This document shows positions 19,552 to 28,925 of a stretch of 64,000 nt of DNA, piece after piece. Source of the stretch: Candidatus Aenigmatarchaeota archaeon (GTDB lineage Archaea > Aenigmatarchaeota > Aenigmatarchaeia > CG10238-14 > SCSR01); contig JAWBPV010000005.1 in NCBI GenBank assembly GCA_039000425.1, positions 5,652 through 69,651 on the forward strand, read 5' to 3'. The notes below the pieces were generated by a model, which saw only the letters and a list, made by a program, of their open reading frames with translations, was not told the origin of the DNA and ran no database searches. Each line of letters begins with the position of its first letter. The first letter of the stretch is position 1. Position numbers and translations under genes: made by a program.

Positions 19552-20364
19552 TTGTATAGCATGAAGATAAGAGAAATCAAGTGTAAGTCTCTGCTCAACA
19601 AGAGTCAGCTTGCAGATTATTGTATAAATTGTTATTTGGGTTGTGAGCATGCTTGCAAATATTGCTATGCCGATTACCTAACCAAAAAATTTGTTTTTCA
19701 CGAAGAAGATTGGGGGAGTTTTGTTGACGTTAAAATTAACGCACCAGAAATTTTAAGGAGAGAAGTTTTGAAAAAGAAAAAAGGGAAAGTTTTCTTGAGC
19801 AGCCTCACAGATCCTTACCAACCTTTGGAGAAAAAATACGAGCTTACGAGGAAGTGTTTAGAGATTTTGTTGAGACATCAATTTCCAATAATCATCCAAA
19901 CAAAATCAGCTTTGGTTTCCAGAGATGTCGATCTGTTGAAAAAATTCAAGAGATGTGAAGTTGGTTTTACCATAACAACTCTTGACGAAAACGTGAGAAA
20001 AATTTTTGAACCAAATTCTTCTCCCGTGGAAGAAAAACTTCAAGCCATAGAATTTTTGAAGAAAAATGGAATTTCGGTTTATGTTTTCCTAGGACCTATT
20101 TTACCCCATCTTTCCGATTTTGACTTGGAGAAATATTTTGAGAAAATGGCAGAGTTGAAGGTAGATGGGGTTTGGGTAGATAAGCTAAACTTGAAGCCAG
20201 GGATATGGAGGCGGCTTAATGAGGTATTGAAAAAGAGGTACCCGGAACTCTTGAGTGAATGGGAAAAAATATTGTTTTCAAGGTCAAGTTATTGGGATGA
20301 AGTCAGAAAAAAGATTAGAGAAATGAGTAAAATAAAAGGTGTGGAATGTGTGTTTTGCTATTGA
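19552..20364 (+). CDS. radical-SAM protein, spore-photoproduct-lyase-like (SplB/COG1533-like)
   Basis: 270 aa. CEHACKYC (Cx3Cx2C). Size and layout resemble the SPL-like DNA-repair radical-SAM family. It is divergently transcribed from nreA. Confidence 0.65.
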   Translation: MYSMKIREIKCKSLLNKSQLADYCINCYLGCEHACKYCYADYLTKKFVFHEEDWGSFVDVKINAPEILRREVLKKKKGKVFLSSLTDPYQPLEKKYELTRKCLEILLRHQFPIIIQTKSALVSRDVDLLKKFKRCEVGFTITTLDENVRKIFEPNSSPVEEKLQAIEFLKKNGISVYVFLGPILPHLSDFDLEKYFEKMAELKVDGVWVDKLNLKPGIWRRLNEVLKKRYPELLSEWEKILFSRSSYWDEVRKKIREMSKIKGVECVFCY

Positions 20365-20647
20365 TCGCTACTCCTTTTCTGCATAAATAGATCGAGAGTA
20401 TAAATTATCTGGCAGTTGTATATCTTCTACATCTTCCTCTCTTTCTTCAGAATACAATTTTAAAATTTTCCTAAGTGTTTTTTCTTCTTCTTCCTTTTCG
20501 AGGATTGAGATCAAATCCAGCTTATAATCTGAATCCTCGGACATCCCTTATAAACCTAATATATTTCTTTTTCAAACAGGTATTTATTCTTTTCCATTTG
20601 GACAAAAGTTTATATTTAACCAAAAGGAATTTTTATAAGTGGGTTGA

Positions 20648-20845
20648 ATGTTGTTCGGGTTTTTAGCTGGCATGGTGTTTATAGCTGCATTAGCACTCCT
20701 AATTTTCATATTCTGGTTATGGATGTTAATAGATTGTTTGAAAAGGAAGAAATTCGAAGATAAGCTTGTCTGGATTTTGGTTTTGATATTCTTGAACTTC
20801 ATAGGAGCTTTGCTCTATTTCTTCTTGGTCAAATCAAAGCGCTAA
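20648..20845 (+). CDS. PLDc_N-domain small membrane protein
   Basis: 65 aa, two TM helices, WLWMLIDCLKRKKFEDKLVWILVLIFLNFIGALLYFF signature. Confidence 0.6.
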   Translation: MLFGFLAGMVFIAALALLIFIFWLWMLIDCLKRKKFEDKLVWILVLIFLNFIGALLYFFLVKSKR

Positions 20846-21606
20846 ACTTTTTTCTTAAGCTGAAGGTAGAATCTGGCGAATGCGCTGAAGCTGAAAACAA
20901 AGATGAAACTAGAAGAAAGTGAGATTAAAGCTAGGAAAGGAAGGATTTGAATAGAGGAAAGTAGATTGATCAATGAATTTACCACGAAAAACATATCTTG
21001 GGTTTGTGTATAAACTTCATACAACTTACTTCCGATCCAAATTAAAATTGGGAGTGAAGAAACGAAAATAACTGATGCTGAAAACAAGCAAACAAAAATA
21101 AAAAATAACATGGTTTTCAAAGGAAATTTTTTGAAGAGTGAAAAGCTTTTCTTGAAAGAATCTAGGATTTTTTTGTTATCTATAATCGCTGCAGGATAAA
21201 CATAGATCGTGATAATGGAAAAAATTAAAATGAATATAATCCCAAGAAATGGGATTAGACCCAACAAAAAATTCACACAGCCAAATATGATGAAAATCAG
21301 AAAAGATTTTAAGAAAATGGAAAGAGAAAATTGAAAACTTTTTACGATAGGTATTTTTTTGTCAAAGTATCTGACTTGATGTAACAAAAAAGATATGAAA
21401 AAGGGTTGAAAGAGGAAGTAAAGGAAAAATATAAATAAGTAAAGGTTGAAGATGAAAGTTGGAGGTTCTCCAGCTAAAAAAGAATTCAAGCTCACCAACA
21501 TTTGGCAGGAAGTGTAGAGGAAAAGAAAGGTCATCAAGAAATAAGGTACATTTCTCTTCGCCGAGAAACTGAATTTGAGACTATCTACTATTACTTTAAG
21601 TATCAT
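20842..21606 (-). CDS. polytopic membrane protein, hypothetical
   Basis: 254 aa. Roughly 7 hydrophobic helices. No catalytic motif recognised. Confidence 0.45.
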   Translation of the reverse strand: MILKVIVDSLKFSFSAKRNVPYFLMTFLFLYTSCQMLVSLNSFLAGEPPTFIFNLYLFIFFLYFLFQPFFISFLLHQVRYFDKKIPIVKSFQFSLSIFLKSFLIFIIFGCVNFLLGLIPFLGIIFILIFSIITIYVYPAAIIDNKKILDSFKKSFSLFKKFPLKTMLFFIFVCLFSASVIFVSSLPILIWIGSKLYEVYTQTQDMFFVVNSLINLLSSIQILPFLALISLSSSFIFVFSFSAFARFYLQLKKKV

Positions 21607-21645
21607 TATTTATATTTAATTCATCGAAGAATAAAAATAATTACT

Positions 21646-22398
21646 ATGGACTTTTCGCGCTTCAAGAGTTTTGTGTTTGATCTAGACGGAACAATTTGGA
21701 ATTGGAAAGAATTGTTGCCCGGAGCAAAAGAATTGTTGGAAAATTTGAGGAAAAAGGGCAAGCAAGTTTTATTCATCACCAACAACACAATGTTGAGGAG
21801 AAAAGATCTTGTTAAGAAGTTAAAAGATTTTGGTGTTGAGTGTAAGGAAAATGAGTTGATAAGTTCGGCTATCGCGATATCAGAATACATAAAGTTCAAA
21901 GGTGGTAAGGTTTTTGTAATCGGAGAAAATTTGAAAGAAGATTTGAAAGAAGAAGGGATAGAAGTCGATGAAGAAAATCCAAGATATGTTGTGGTTGGAC
22001 ATGATGTCGATTTCAATTTCAACAAATTAACATCAGCTGTTAGATATGTGAAAAAAGGTGCCGAATTGATAGCTGCTGCTCAAGGCAGGTATTTCGTTTT
22101 TGGGGATGAATTCATTCCAGGAACAGGAACTATAGTTAAAGCGATAGAATACACTTGCAACAAAAGAGCTAAATTGTTGGGAAAACCTTCTGATTTCATG
22201 TGCCACATAGTGCAATTGTTCGTTCAGTCGTCGAGGAAAGAAACAGTGGTTTTTGGTGATGAGCTGAGAGCTGACATAGGTCTAGCTAAAAAATGTGGCT
22301 ACTTCAGCGTGCTTGTCAAGACAGGTGTGGATAAGGAAGTGAAAGGAGAAATAAGACCCGATTTAGCGATAGATTCTTTAATGAATGTAAAGATTTAA
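21646..22398 (+). CDS. HAD-IIA family hydrolase (NagD-like sugar-phosphatase)
   Basis: The likely real start is ATG at 21646 (MDFSRFKSFVFDLDGTIW). The upstream part of the track ORF overlaps the minus-strand membrane gene. FDLDGT motif I, FITNNT motif II. Confidence 0.75.
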   Translation: MDFSRFKSFVFDLDGTIWNWKELLPGAKELLENLRKKGKQVLFITNNTMLRRKDLVKKLKDFGVECKENELISSAIAISEYIKFKGGKVFVIGENLKEDLKEEGIEVDEENPRYVVVGHDVDFNFNKLTSAVRYVKKGAELIAAAQGRYFVFGDEFIPGTGTIVKAIEYTCNKRAKLLGKPSDFMCHIVQLFVQSSRKETVVFGDELRADIGLAKKCGYFSVLVKTGVDKEVKGEIRPDLAIDSLMNVKI

Positions 22399-22431
22399 TA
22401 AAAAATAAGGATTAAGTAGAAAGGTGTTAAA

Positions 22432-23949
22432 ATGGCTGGTAAATTTTATGTAACGACACCGATATATTACGTTAACGCTGACCCACATATAGGTCATGCT
22501 TACACCACGATAATAGCAGACATACTAGCTAGATTTCACAGACTTAAAGGAAAAGATGTTTTTTTCTTGACAGGAACTGATGAAAACAGTCAAAAGAACG
22601 TGGAAGCTGCATCTAAAGCTAATCAAGACGTTGCTCAATTTGTAGATAGAATGGCTGAAATCTGGAAAAGTAAGTTTAAGCAGTTAGGGTTATCTTTTGA
22701 TGATTTCATAAGGACAACCGAAGAAAGACATAAAAAAGGTGTGGAAGAGTTTTTCAGACGGGTGAACAAGAAAGGAGATATTTACAAGGGAAAGTATGTT
22801 GGTTATTATTGTATAGGTTGTGAGGCTTTCATCACAAAATCAGATTTGGTTGACGGTAAATGTCCGATCCACAAGAAAGAGCCTGAAGTGATAGAGGAAG
22901 AAAATTATTTCTTCAAGGCAAGTAAGTATAAAGAAAAGTTATTGGAATATATAGAAAAAAATCCTGATTTCATCCAACCAAAAGAGAGAAGGAATGAAGT
23001 TATAGAGTATGTGAAGAATTTTTTCACAGATGTCAGCATCTCGAGACAAAAGCAAAAGTGGGGGATACCAGTTCCGATAGACAAATCACAAGTTCTCTAC
23101 GTTTGGTTCGATGCTTTGATCAATTATTTGACTGGAATAGGTTTTGGTTGGGATTATAAAAAGTTTGAAAAATATTGGCCAGCTGATTTACATTTGATAG
23201 GTAAAGATATAACAAAATTCCATTGTGCTCTATGGCCTGCTATGCTATTTTCAGCTGAAATAGATCTTCCTAGAAAAATTTTCATCCACGGTTTTCTGAC
23301 AGTAAATGGAGAGAAAATAAGTAAGAGTTTGGGTAATGTGATCGATCCTATAGAGCTGAGTAAGAAATATTCTATAGATGCTTTGAGGTATTCTCTGATA
23401 AGAGAAATGCCTTTAGGGGAAGATGGAGATTTTTCTGAGAAGAGGTTAGTGGAGAGAAACAATAACGAGCTTGTTTCAAACGTAGGAAATTTCGTTCACA
23501 GGACTCTAACTTTTATTTGGTCGAATTTCGACGGTAAAGTTCCTAAGCCAGGAAAATACATGGAAGAAGATGAGAGATTTAAAAATGAGATCGAAAATAT
23601 TGCTGATTTAGTCGGAAATCAAATAGAAAAAATAGAGCTTGACAAAGCTTTGAAATCTATTCTGGATTTCTCTTCAACCTGCAATCAGTATTTCCAGAAG
23701 AAAGAGCCATGGGCTAAGAAAAGTGAAGCACCGACAACACTTTACTTATGTGCCAATGCTGTTAGATGCTTAGCTATATTGTTAACACCATTTTTACCAT
23801 TCTCAGCCGAAAAATTGTGGAAACTCTTAGGTTACGAAGATCCTGTACATAAACAAGATTGGAATTCGGCCTCTCAGTTGAAATTACAACCAGGGTGGCA
23901 GATAAATAAACCAGAAATATTGTTCAAGATAATTGAATATAAAGGATGA
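22432..23949 (+). CDS. metG: methionine--tRNA ligase, catalytic core plus anticodon-binding domain only
   Basis: 505 aa. PIYYVNADPHIGHAYT (HIGH). Zinc knuckles CIGCEAF...CPIHK. KISKSLGN (KMSKS). It ends at TGA 23947-23949. Confidence 0.9.
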   Translation: MAGKFYVTTPIYYVNADPHIGHAYTTIIADILARFHRLKGKDVFFLTGTDENSQKNVEAASKANQDVAQFVDRMAEIWKSKFKQLGLSFDDFIRTTEERHKKGVEEFFRRVNKKGDIYKGKYVGYYCIGCEAFITKSDLVDGKCPIHKKEPEVIEEENYFFKASKYKEKLLEYIEKNPDFIQPKERRNEVIEYVKNFFTDVSISRQKQKWGIPVPIDKSQVLYVWFDALINYLTGIGFGWDYKKFEKYWPADLHLIGKDITKFHCALWPAMLFSAEIDLPRKIFIHGFLTVNGEKISKSLGNVIDPIELSKKYSIDALRYSLIREMPLGEDGDFSEKRLVERNNNELVSNVGNFVHRTLTFIWSNFDGKVPKPGKYMEEDERFKNEIENIADLVGNQIEKIELDKALKSILDFSSTCNQYFQKKEPWAKKSEAPTTLYLCANAVRCLAILLTPFLPFSAEKLWKLLGYEDPVHKQDWNSASQLKLQPGWQINKPEILFKIIEYKG

Positions 23950-23976
23950 AATCGTAAAGATAAATTAAGTGGTTCG

Positions 23977-24306
23977 ATGGGTGAGATTTCCATATCTGAA
24001 TTTCAAAAAATAGAAATGAAAGTTGGGAAAGTTTTGGAAGCCGAAGTTGTGCCAAATTCAAAAAATTTGATAAAACTTCAAGTTGATTTCGGAAACGAGA
24101 AAAAACAAGCTGTCACTGGGCTCTTGAAATATTACAAACCTGAAGAGCTTATCGGAAAAGAGTTTGTTTTCGTCACAAATTTGAAGCCAGCAAAATTCAT
24201 GGGTGTGGAGAGTAATTGCATGATATTGGCAGCTGATAACAAAAAAGGAAAAATAGTGTTGATAAAGCCTGAAAAAGATATAGAACCTGGAAGTAGTATT
24301 ACTTAA
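23977..24306 (+). CDS. tRNA-binding domain protein (EMAP-II/Trbp111-like; MetRS C-terminal domain as separate ORF)
   Basis: 109 aa. KVGKVLEAEVVPNSKNLIKLQVDFG...VTNLKPAKFMGVESNCMILAA is an OB-fold tRNA-binding domain. It is in the same frame as metG, separated only by TGA plus 9 sense codons. Confidence 0.8.
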   Translation: MGEISISEFQKIEMKVGKVLEAEVVPNSKNLIKLQVDFGNEKKQAVTGLLKYYKPEELIGKEFVFVTNLKPAKFMGVESNCMILAADNKKGKIVLIKPEKDIEPGSSIT

Positions 24307-24332
24307 TTTAAATAAAAATTAAATTGTAGAAG

Positions 24333-24797
24333 ATGAAGAAAGTTAGAGATTTCATGACGAAAAAAGTGATTTACTTTCATCCAGACCAAAGTATATTTGA
24401 AGTTGCAAAAATTTTTTCCGAGAAAAACATTTCCGGTGGCCCTGTAGTTGAAAAAGGTAAAGTTGTTGGAATCATAAGCACTTCGGACATAGTGAAACAT
24501 TTAAGCCTAAAGTTAAGAATTCATACCCAAAGAATGCCTTCTTTAACCCTTTACTTGCTCGAACTCTTGAGAACGTGTAAAGATTATTTAGATTTGAGGA
24601 GGGAAATGAAAAAAATATCGAATTTGAAAGTGAGGAATGTGATGAAAAAGAAGGTTATATCAATTAATCCTAGTGCAAGTATTTTCGATGCAGCAGCTTT
24701 AATGAACAAACACGATGTCACAAGGTTGCCAGTGATAGAAAAAGGGAAGTTAGTTGGAATAATAGCAAGGGACGATATAATTAAAGCATTACTTTGA
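24333..24797 (+). CDS. CBS-domain pair protein
   Basis: 154 aa. Two CBS repeats (VRDFMTKKVIYF...GGPVVEKGKVVGIISTSDIV; VRNVMKKKVISI...LPVIEKGKLVGIIARDDII). Confidence 0.8.
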   Translation: MKKVRDFMTKKVIYFHPDQSIFEVAKIFSEKNISGGPVVEKGKVVGIISTSDIVKHLSLKLRIHTQRMPSLTLYLLELLRTCKDYLDLRREMKKISNLKVRNVMKKKVISINPSASIFDAAALMNKHDVTRLPVIEKGKLVGIIARDDIIKALL

Positions 24798-24853
24798 TTT
24801 AAAGAGATTTATGAGATCGTGTTTTATGGATACGATTTATAAAGATTTTACTA

Positions 24854-24950
24854 CGCCGAGGGTGGGATTCGAACCCACATGCCCACGAAGGGCCCCAGCT
24901 TTCAGTCAAAGACTCAAGGCTGGTGCACTACCAGGTTATGCGACCTCGGC
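24854..24950 (-). tRNA. tRNA-Ser (anticodon TGA), long variable arm, ~12-nt intron in anticodon loop
   Basis: Acceptor GCCGAGG/CCTCGGC. Discriminator G. Anticodon stem CCAGC/GCTGG encloses 19 nt (7 loop + 12 intron). Variable arm GCCC-TTCGT-GGGC. T-arm GTGGG-TTCGAAT-CCCAC. Confidence 0.7.
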
Positions 24951-25012
24951 CCATTTCATCATCTTTTATCAGATCTTGAGTCTCTTTAATAAATTTCTCT
25001 TATAAATTTTTC

Positions 25013-26131
25013 CTATTTTGGTTTGTAGCGATAGATTTGAGTGGAAGGTTTCAAGAAGAAAAAGTAAAAGATCAATAGGATAACAACAACGGCAAAACCT
25101 GCCAACGCTAAACCGATTATGAAATTTATCTTCTTCTCTTCTTCCTCTCTAGTTTGTGGAAGTGTAGTTGTGGTTTGTGGAAGTGTAGTTGTTGTGGTCG
25201 AAGTTGTGGTTGTTTGAGTTTCAATTCTCGAAACTACATTTTTCACAGCGGAATTTATAGGTAATCCGTTCAAAACTGCTTTCTTTTTTGAAATCACTCC
25301 TGATGCATCCACAAATCCTAACTCAAAACCGTAAGTTCCTTCAAAACTTGAACTTTTATTCATTACGTAGTAAAAAACAACGTAAAAACTTGAATTTGCA
25401 GGAATGTAAAAATTCTCTCCAGGAGAAATCACAACGATTCCATCATCTTTAGTGAATTTTCCAGAACCTATTATCTTTTCTCCAAATTCACATATTCCGC
25501 TACCGTCCTTATCTTCACAAGCTACCACATACTTAATCCCATTTTTATCATCACCTTCTCCTTTCCCAAACAGGACAAAACTCTTTATTTCCACATCTTC
25601 ATAACTTCCAGTTTCAATTTTTATCTGAAGCATTTCATTCTCTTGTTTCATGTCTTTGTGCCATTCATGATCTTCGGGTGAATTTTCTCCTTTTGAAATC
25701 GTCAAAACTGGTACGGGCTCTTCTAGAACAAAAAATCCTTCACCTTCTGCGTCGTAAATTAAATCTTCTGAATCGAAAGTTTGGTTATCGTTCATATCCA
25801 CAACTAAATCGTAATTTCCTTCTACCGGTTGACTCCAGAGCACGTTCAAAGTAACGAAACCTGAAGAGTTTGTCGTTACGTCTTTTAAGATTATCGCTTT
25901 AGAAGTTAAGTTAACCCCCAACTCCACTTCACCATGTCTAAGCACGTAAAATTTGAAAGTCTTGGATTCGTTGGTTATATTAGAACTACTCGCAACGTAA
26001 ACAGTTTCATTAGTGTAAAAATTGATTTTTTCCAAACCTTCTGAATCACATGTATAGATAAAAGCACCCACAACTCCACTTCCACATAAAAAGAAAATGA
26101 GTAAAGAAAACATGAAAATACTTTTCCCCAT
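25013..26131 (-). CDS. secreted surface protein with Thr-rich linker, LPQT repeats and C-terminal TM anchor
   Basis: 372 aa. N-terminal signal peptide. C-terminal ...TQTTTTSTTTTTLPQTTTTLPQTREEEEKKINF-[23-aa TM]-KPSTQIYRYKPK. Confidence 0.6.
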   Translation of the reverse strand: MGKSIFMFSLLIFFLCGSGVVGAFIYTCDSEGLEKINFYTNETVYVASSSNITNESKTFKFYVLRHGEVELGVNLTSKAIILKDVTTNSSGFVTLNVLWSQPVEGNYDLVVDMNDNQTFDSEDLIYDAEGEGFFVLEEPVPVLTISKGENSPEDHEWHKDMKQENEMLQIKIETGSYEDVEIKSFVLFGKGEGDDKNGIKYVVACEDKDGSGICEFGEKIIGSGKFTKDDGIVVISPGENFYIPANSSFYVVFYYVMNKSSSFEGTYGFELGFVDASGVISKKKAVLNGLPINSAVKNVVSRIETQTTTTSTTTTTLPQTTTTLPQTREEEEKKINFIIGLALAGFAVVVILLIFYFFFLKPSTQIYRYKPK

Positions 26132-26155
26132 AAAAATTATTTCCTGTTTTTAAAA

Positions 26156-26446
26156 TTAAACTTTTAAGATTTCTATTTTTCCTGATCTTGGTACGTTCAA
26201 TTGAATTTTGTTTTTAAATTCTGTAGCGTAAGCTCCTGAAATTAAAATCTCATCACCGATTGAGATAGAATCTATCTGTTTTTCCCATAATGTTAAGTTT
26301 ATCTTACCAGTTTCATCTTCAATCACAGCATCGGCTACGTTCCTTTTTCCATACTTAGTTTGAACTTCTCTTATCTCTGAAATATCCACAACTTTCCCCT
26401 TTACTTTTATGTTACTCATACCTTTTTTAATCTCGTTTATCTTCAT
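26156..26446 (-). CDS. OB-fold nucleic-acid-binding protein (SSB/RPA-like small OB)
   Basis: 96 aa. IKVKGKVVDISEIREV...GKINLTLWEKQ resembles an RPA/SSB OB-fold pattern. Confidence 0.55.
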   Translation of the reverse strand: MKINEIKKGMSNIKVKGKVVDISEIREVQTKYGKRNVADAVIEDETGKINLTLWEKQIDSISIGDEILISGAYATEFKNKIQLNVPRSGKIEILKV

Positions 26447-26540
26447 GAGCTCCCTTTATTCTTGGTGAAAACAAGATTTAAGTATTTCGCTTCGGTGAAT
26501 GACAATTTATTGAAAAAATAGAAGATTTATCAAAAATTTC

Positions 26541-27203
26541 TTGATGAAATTTCAAATCCTTATTATGGGAGAAGAAGAAAAACTCAAACATGCTTCGAGC
26601 AGAAGAGTTTTTTTAATCGATGGTAAAGTTGTTAAATTTTACCCACCTTTTTACGGTTACATCCTTCACGATATCTTTTTCATGTTTTTTTCCCTATTCT
26701 TTTTTCACACGATATTTCCAATTTCAGTTAAGAAAAAAATAAGGAATGAAGTTGAAGGTAGGAAATTTCTAAGGAAGTTAAAATTTAGGACAACAAAAAT
26801 CAAAAAAATTTCAAAAAACTTTATCGAAGAAAAGTTTGAAAAAAATGCTTTAAGTTTAAGTGAACTTGAAATTTTAAACCCGGGAGAAGCAATTGACGTA
26901 GCTGAAAGAATAGGTGAGATTACAAGAAAACTTCATGAGGAGAATTTGTATTTCATAGATAACAGAGCAAGTAATTGGTTGTTCGACGGAGATCTTATCA
27001 GAACTGATTTAGAGCTTTTTCGTCACACGAAAAAATCTAAAAAATTCTTCATCTTCTGCGATTTGCTATCTTTCCTATCTTCAGTTGAGAGTAAGAAGAT
27101 TAGGGAAAAATTCTTGGAAGGTTATGGGAAAAGCGTGAAAATCTCTGGAATATTACGAGCAGTGATCTCAATTTACATCAAACTCACCGACTTGATTTTT
27201 TAG
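26541..27203 (+). CDS. divergent Bud32/RIO-like atypical kinase homologue
   Basis: 220 aa. The C-terminal EKFLEGYGKSV resembles the Bud32 tail. YFIDNRASNW...FDGDL is a degenerate catalytic/DFG-like region. An unusual hydrophobic stretch lies near the N-terminus. Confidence 0.4.
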   Translation: MMKFQILIMGEEEKLKHASSRRVFLIDGKVVKFYPPFYGYILHDIFFMFFSLFFFHTIFPISVKKKIRNEVEGRKFLRKLKFRTTKIKKISKNFIEEKFEKNALSLSELEILNPGEAIDVAERIGEITRKLHEENLYFIDNRASNWLFDGDLIRTDLELFRHTKKSKKFFIFCDLLSFLSSVESKKIREKFLEGYGKSVKISGILRAVISIYIKLTDLIF

Positions 27204-28137
27204 GGTAAACACCTTTCTCCATTAAAACTCTATCAGTTCTTACGGCAAGGCCTTTATTTTTCTCATACATTTCTTCGCTCGTCATCTTCGCTATCCCTAA
27301 AGCAACGAGTTCTTCTTTCAAGCTGTATATCGCTACAGTTTCTCCTCTAGCTATACCTTCTTGAATCCTCGTGATTCCTGAAACGAAAAGAGGAGCACCA
27401 TGACAAATAGAATCGATAGCTGAATCTTTAACGAAAATTTTTTTCACGTGAAGTATAGCATGTTCTATCGGAATTAAAATTTCCCTTAACTTTTTTTCAT
27501 TTCCATTTTTCCAAAATTCGTAAGCATCTCTTATCTCAACCAATGAATGAGCTTGTTCTTCCTTAAAGTTACCAACTCTTATTCTTCGTAGTTCTGTCAT
27601 GTGAGCACCAACACCCAATCTTTCACCTATTTGATGAACAAGCTTTCTTATGTAAGTCCCAGCTTCACATCCAACATGGAACAAAACATCTTTACCTTCC
27701 CTTTCTACTATATCGAAGAATTTTATTTCCCTTTCCCTTGGTCTTCTCGCTACAGCAGACTTTACAGGCGGAACTTGCACTATTTTTCCAACGAAGCTAG
27801 ATGTAACTTCCCTCAACAAATCTTCAGGAACTTCTTTATGTAAGTGCATCACACCCACGTATTCTTTTTCCAATCCCATCAGAACTGGCATAGCTTTTGT
27901 TGCATTTCCCAGGGCTACCGGTAAAACTCCAGTGACAGCTGGATCTAAAGTACCGGCATGTCCTGCTTTCTTAACTCCAAAAATCTCTTTCGTCCATTGT
28001 GTTATTTGATGTGAAGTTGGGCCTGGGTGTTTGTCAACTATAACTACAGAAGATTTGATCAGTTCTTCCAAACTCCTCTCTTCAGGTCTTTTCCCGTATT
28101 CTGGATCTGTCTCTTCTTCACTCTTAATAAGCCACAT
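27184..28137 (-). CDS. cbf5: H/ACA RNP tRNA/rRNA pseudouridine synthase Cbf5 (TruB family) with PUA domain
   Basis: 317 aa. HAGTLDPAVTGVLPV catalytic-Asp motif. C-terminal PUA domain. Adjacent to rpl14e as in many archaea. Confidence 0.9.
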   Translation of the reverse strand: MWLIKSEEETDPEYGKRPEERSLEELIKSSVVIVDKHPGPTSHQITQWTKEIFGVKKAGHAGTLDPAVTGVLPVALGNATKAMPVLMGLEKEYVGVMHLHKEVPEDLLREVTSSFVGKIVQVPPVKSAVARRPREREIKFFDIVEREGKDVLFHVGCEAGTYIRKLVHQIGERLGVGAHMTELRRIRVGNFKEEQAHSLVEIRDAYEFWKNGNEKKLREILIPIEHAILHVKKIFVKDSAIDSICHGAPLFVSGITRIQEGIARGETVAIYSLKEELVALGIAKMTSEEMYEKNKGLAVRTDRVLMEKGVYPKKSSR

Positions 28138-28140
28138 AAT

Positions 28141-28521
28141 TTATTTTTCTTTTTTCTCTTTCTTACCTTTCTTTTCTACTTTTTCTCCTTCTTTTTTCTC
28201 GACTTTCGTCTTTTCCGCTTTCAACTGAGCAGCGGACGGTAATTTCAATCCAAGCTTTTCCACTAGGCCTGATTTCTTGAAAGCCTCTATCACTTCTTCA
28301 TCTGAAGCATCTTCTTTTATATCAAGGAGATAGGGTAATGGTTCTACGTGTTGAACGTTACATTTCCTTCTCTTAACACCTGTTAGTAATTTTGGGCCTG
28401 TTATGATCACAAAACTCTTTTCGCTCTTTTCTTTTCCAGGTCCTTTGACCACTACAGCATACCTTCCTGCTTCCCTTCCAGAAATCTTCATCACTACTCT
28501 TCCCACTTCTAAAGATCCCAT
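28141..28521 (-). CDS. rpl14e: 50S ribosomal protein L14e with long K/E-rich C-terminal tail
   Basis: 126 aa. LEVGRVVMKISGREAGRYAVVV KOW-like core. A ~45-aa KEKKE-repeat tail. Confidence 0.8.
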   Translation of the reverse strand: MGSLEVGRVVMKISGREAGRYAVVVKGPGKEKSEKSFVIITGPKLLTGVKRRKCNVQHVEPLPYLLDIKEDASDEEVIEAFKKSGLVEKLGLKLPSAAQLKAEKTKVEKKEGEKVEKKGKKEKKEK

Positions 28522-28577
28522 ATTCTTTAAAGTATATTGAGTTAAAGCTTATAAAGCTTGTCCACAAAAATATAAAA

Positions 28578-28919
28578 ATGCCTAGAAAAGAAGAAAAAAC
28601 GTCTTTAGGGTTGAAAGAGAACGTAGAAGCTCTATTGGCCTACTTGCTAACATGGCTAACAGGTATAATTTTCTACTTGATAGAAAAGAGAAGTAAGTTT
28701 GTGAAATTCCACGCATTGCAATCAGCAATAACTTTCCTAACTTTGCAAGTGGCTGGTATTGTGTTAGGGATGATACCGTTATTTGGGTTTGTTTTGTCAG
28801 GAATCATCGGCTTGGTAACGATAGTGCTTTGGATTGTTTGCATGATAAAAGCCTACAGAAATGAATGGTTTAAGTTGCCAGTATTCGGAGAAATAGCTGA
28901 GAAAAGAGTGAAAGCTTAG
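28578..28919 (+). CDS. DUF4870-family membrane protein
   Basis: 113 aa. ALLAYLLTWLTGIIFYLIEKRSKFVKFHALQS signature. Confidence 0.55.
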   Translation: MPRKEEKTSLGLKENVEALLAYLLTWLTGIIFYLIEKRSKFVKFHALQSAITFLTLQVAGIVLGMIPLFGFVLSGIIGLVTIVLWIVCMIKAYRNEWFKLPVFGEIAEKRVKA

Positions 28920-28925
28920 GTAAGT

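Noticed and set aside
24811-25005. 64-aa plus-strand ORF
   Set aside because: It lies entirely over the minus-strand tRNA-Ser gene. Its conserved-looking residues come from the tRNA sequence.
25140-25215. Tandem ~21-27-nt DNA repeats (gtttgtggaagtgtagttgt x2; similar gtgctggttgtggt x3 at 53570-53640), considered as a possible CRISPR or mini-satellite
   Set aside because: They are in-frame and encode Thr-rich linkers (TTTTLPQT / TTSTTITTT) of surface proteins. They are too few and too short for a CRISPR array, and there are no spacers.
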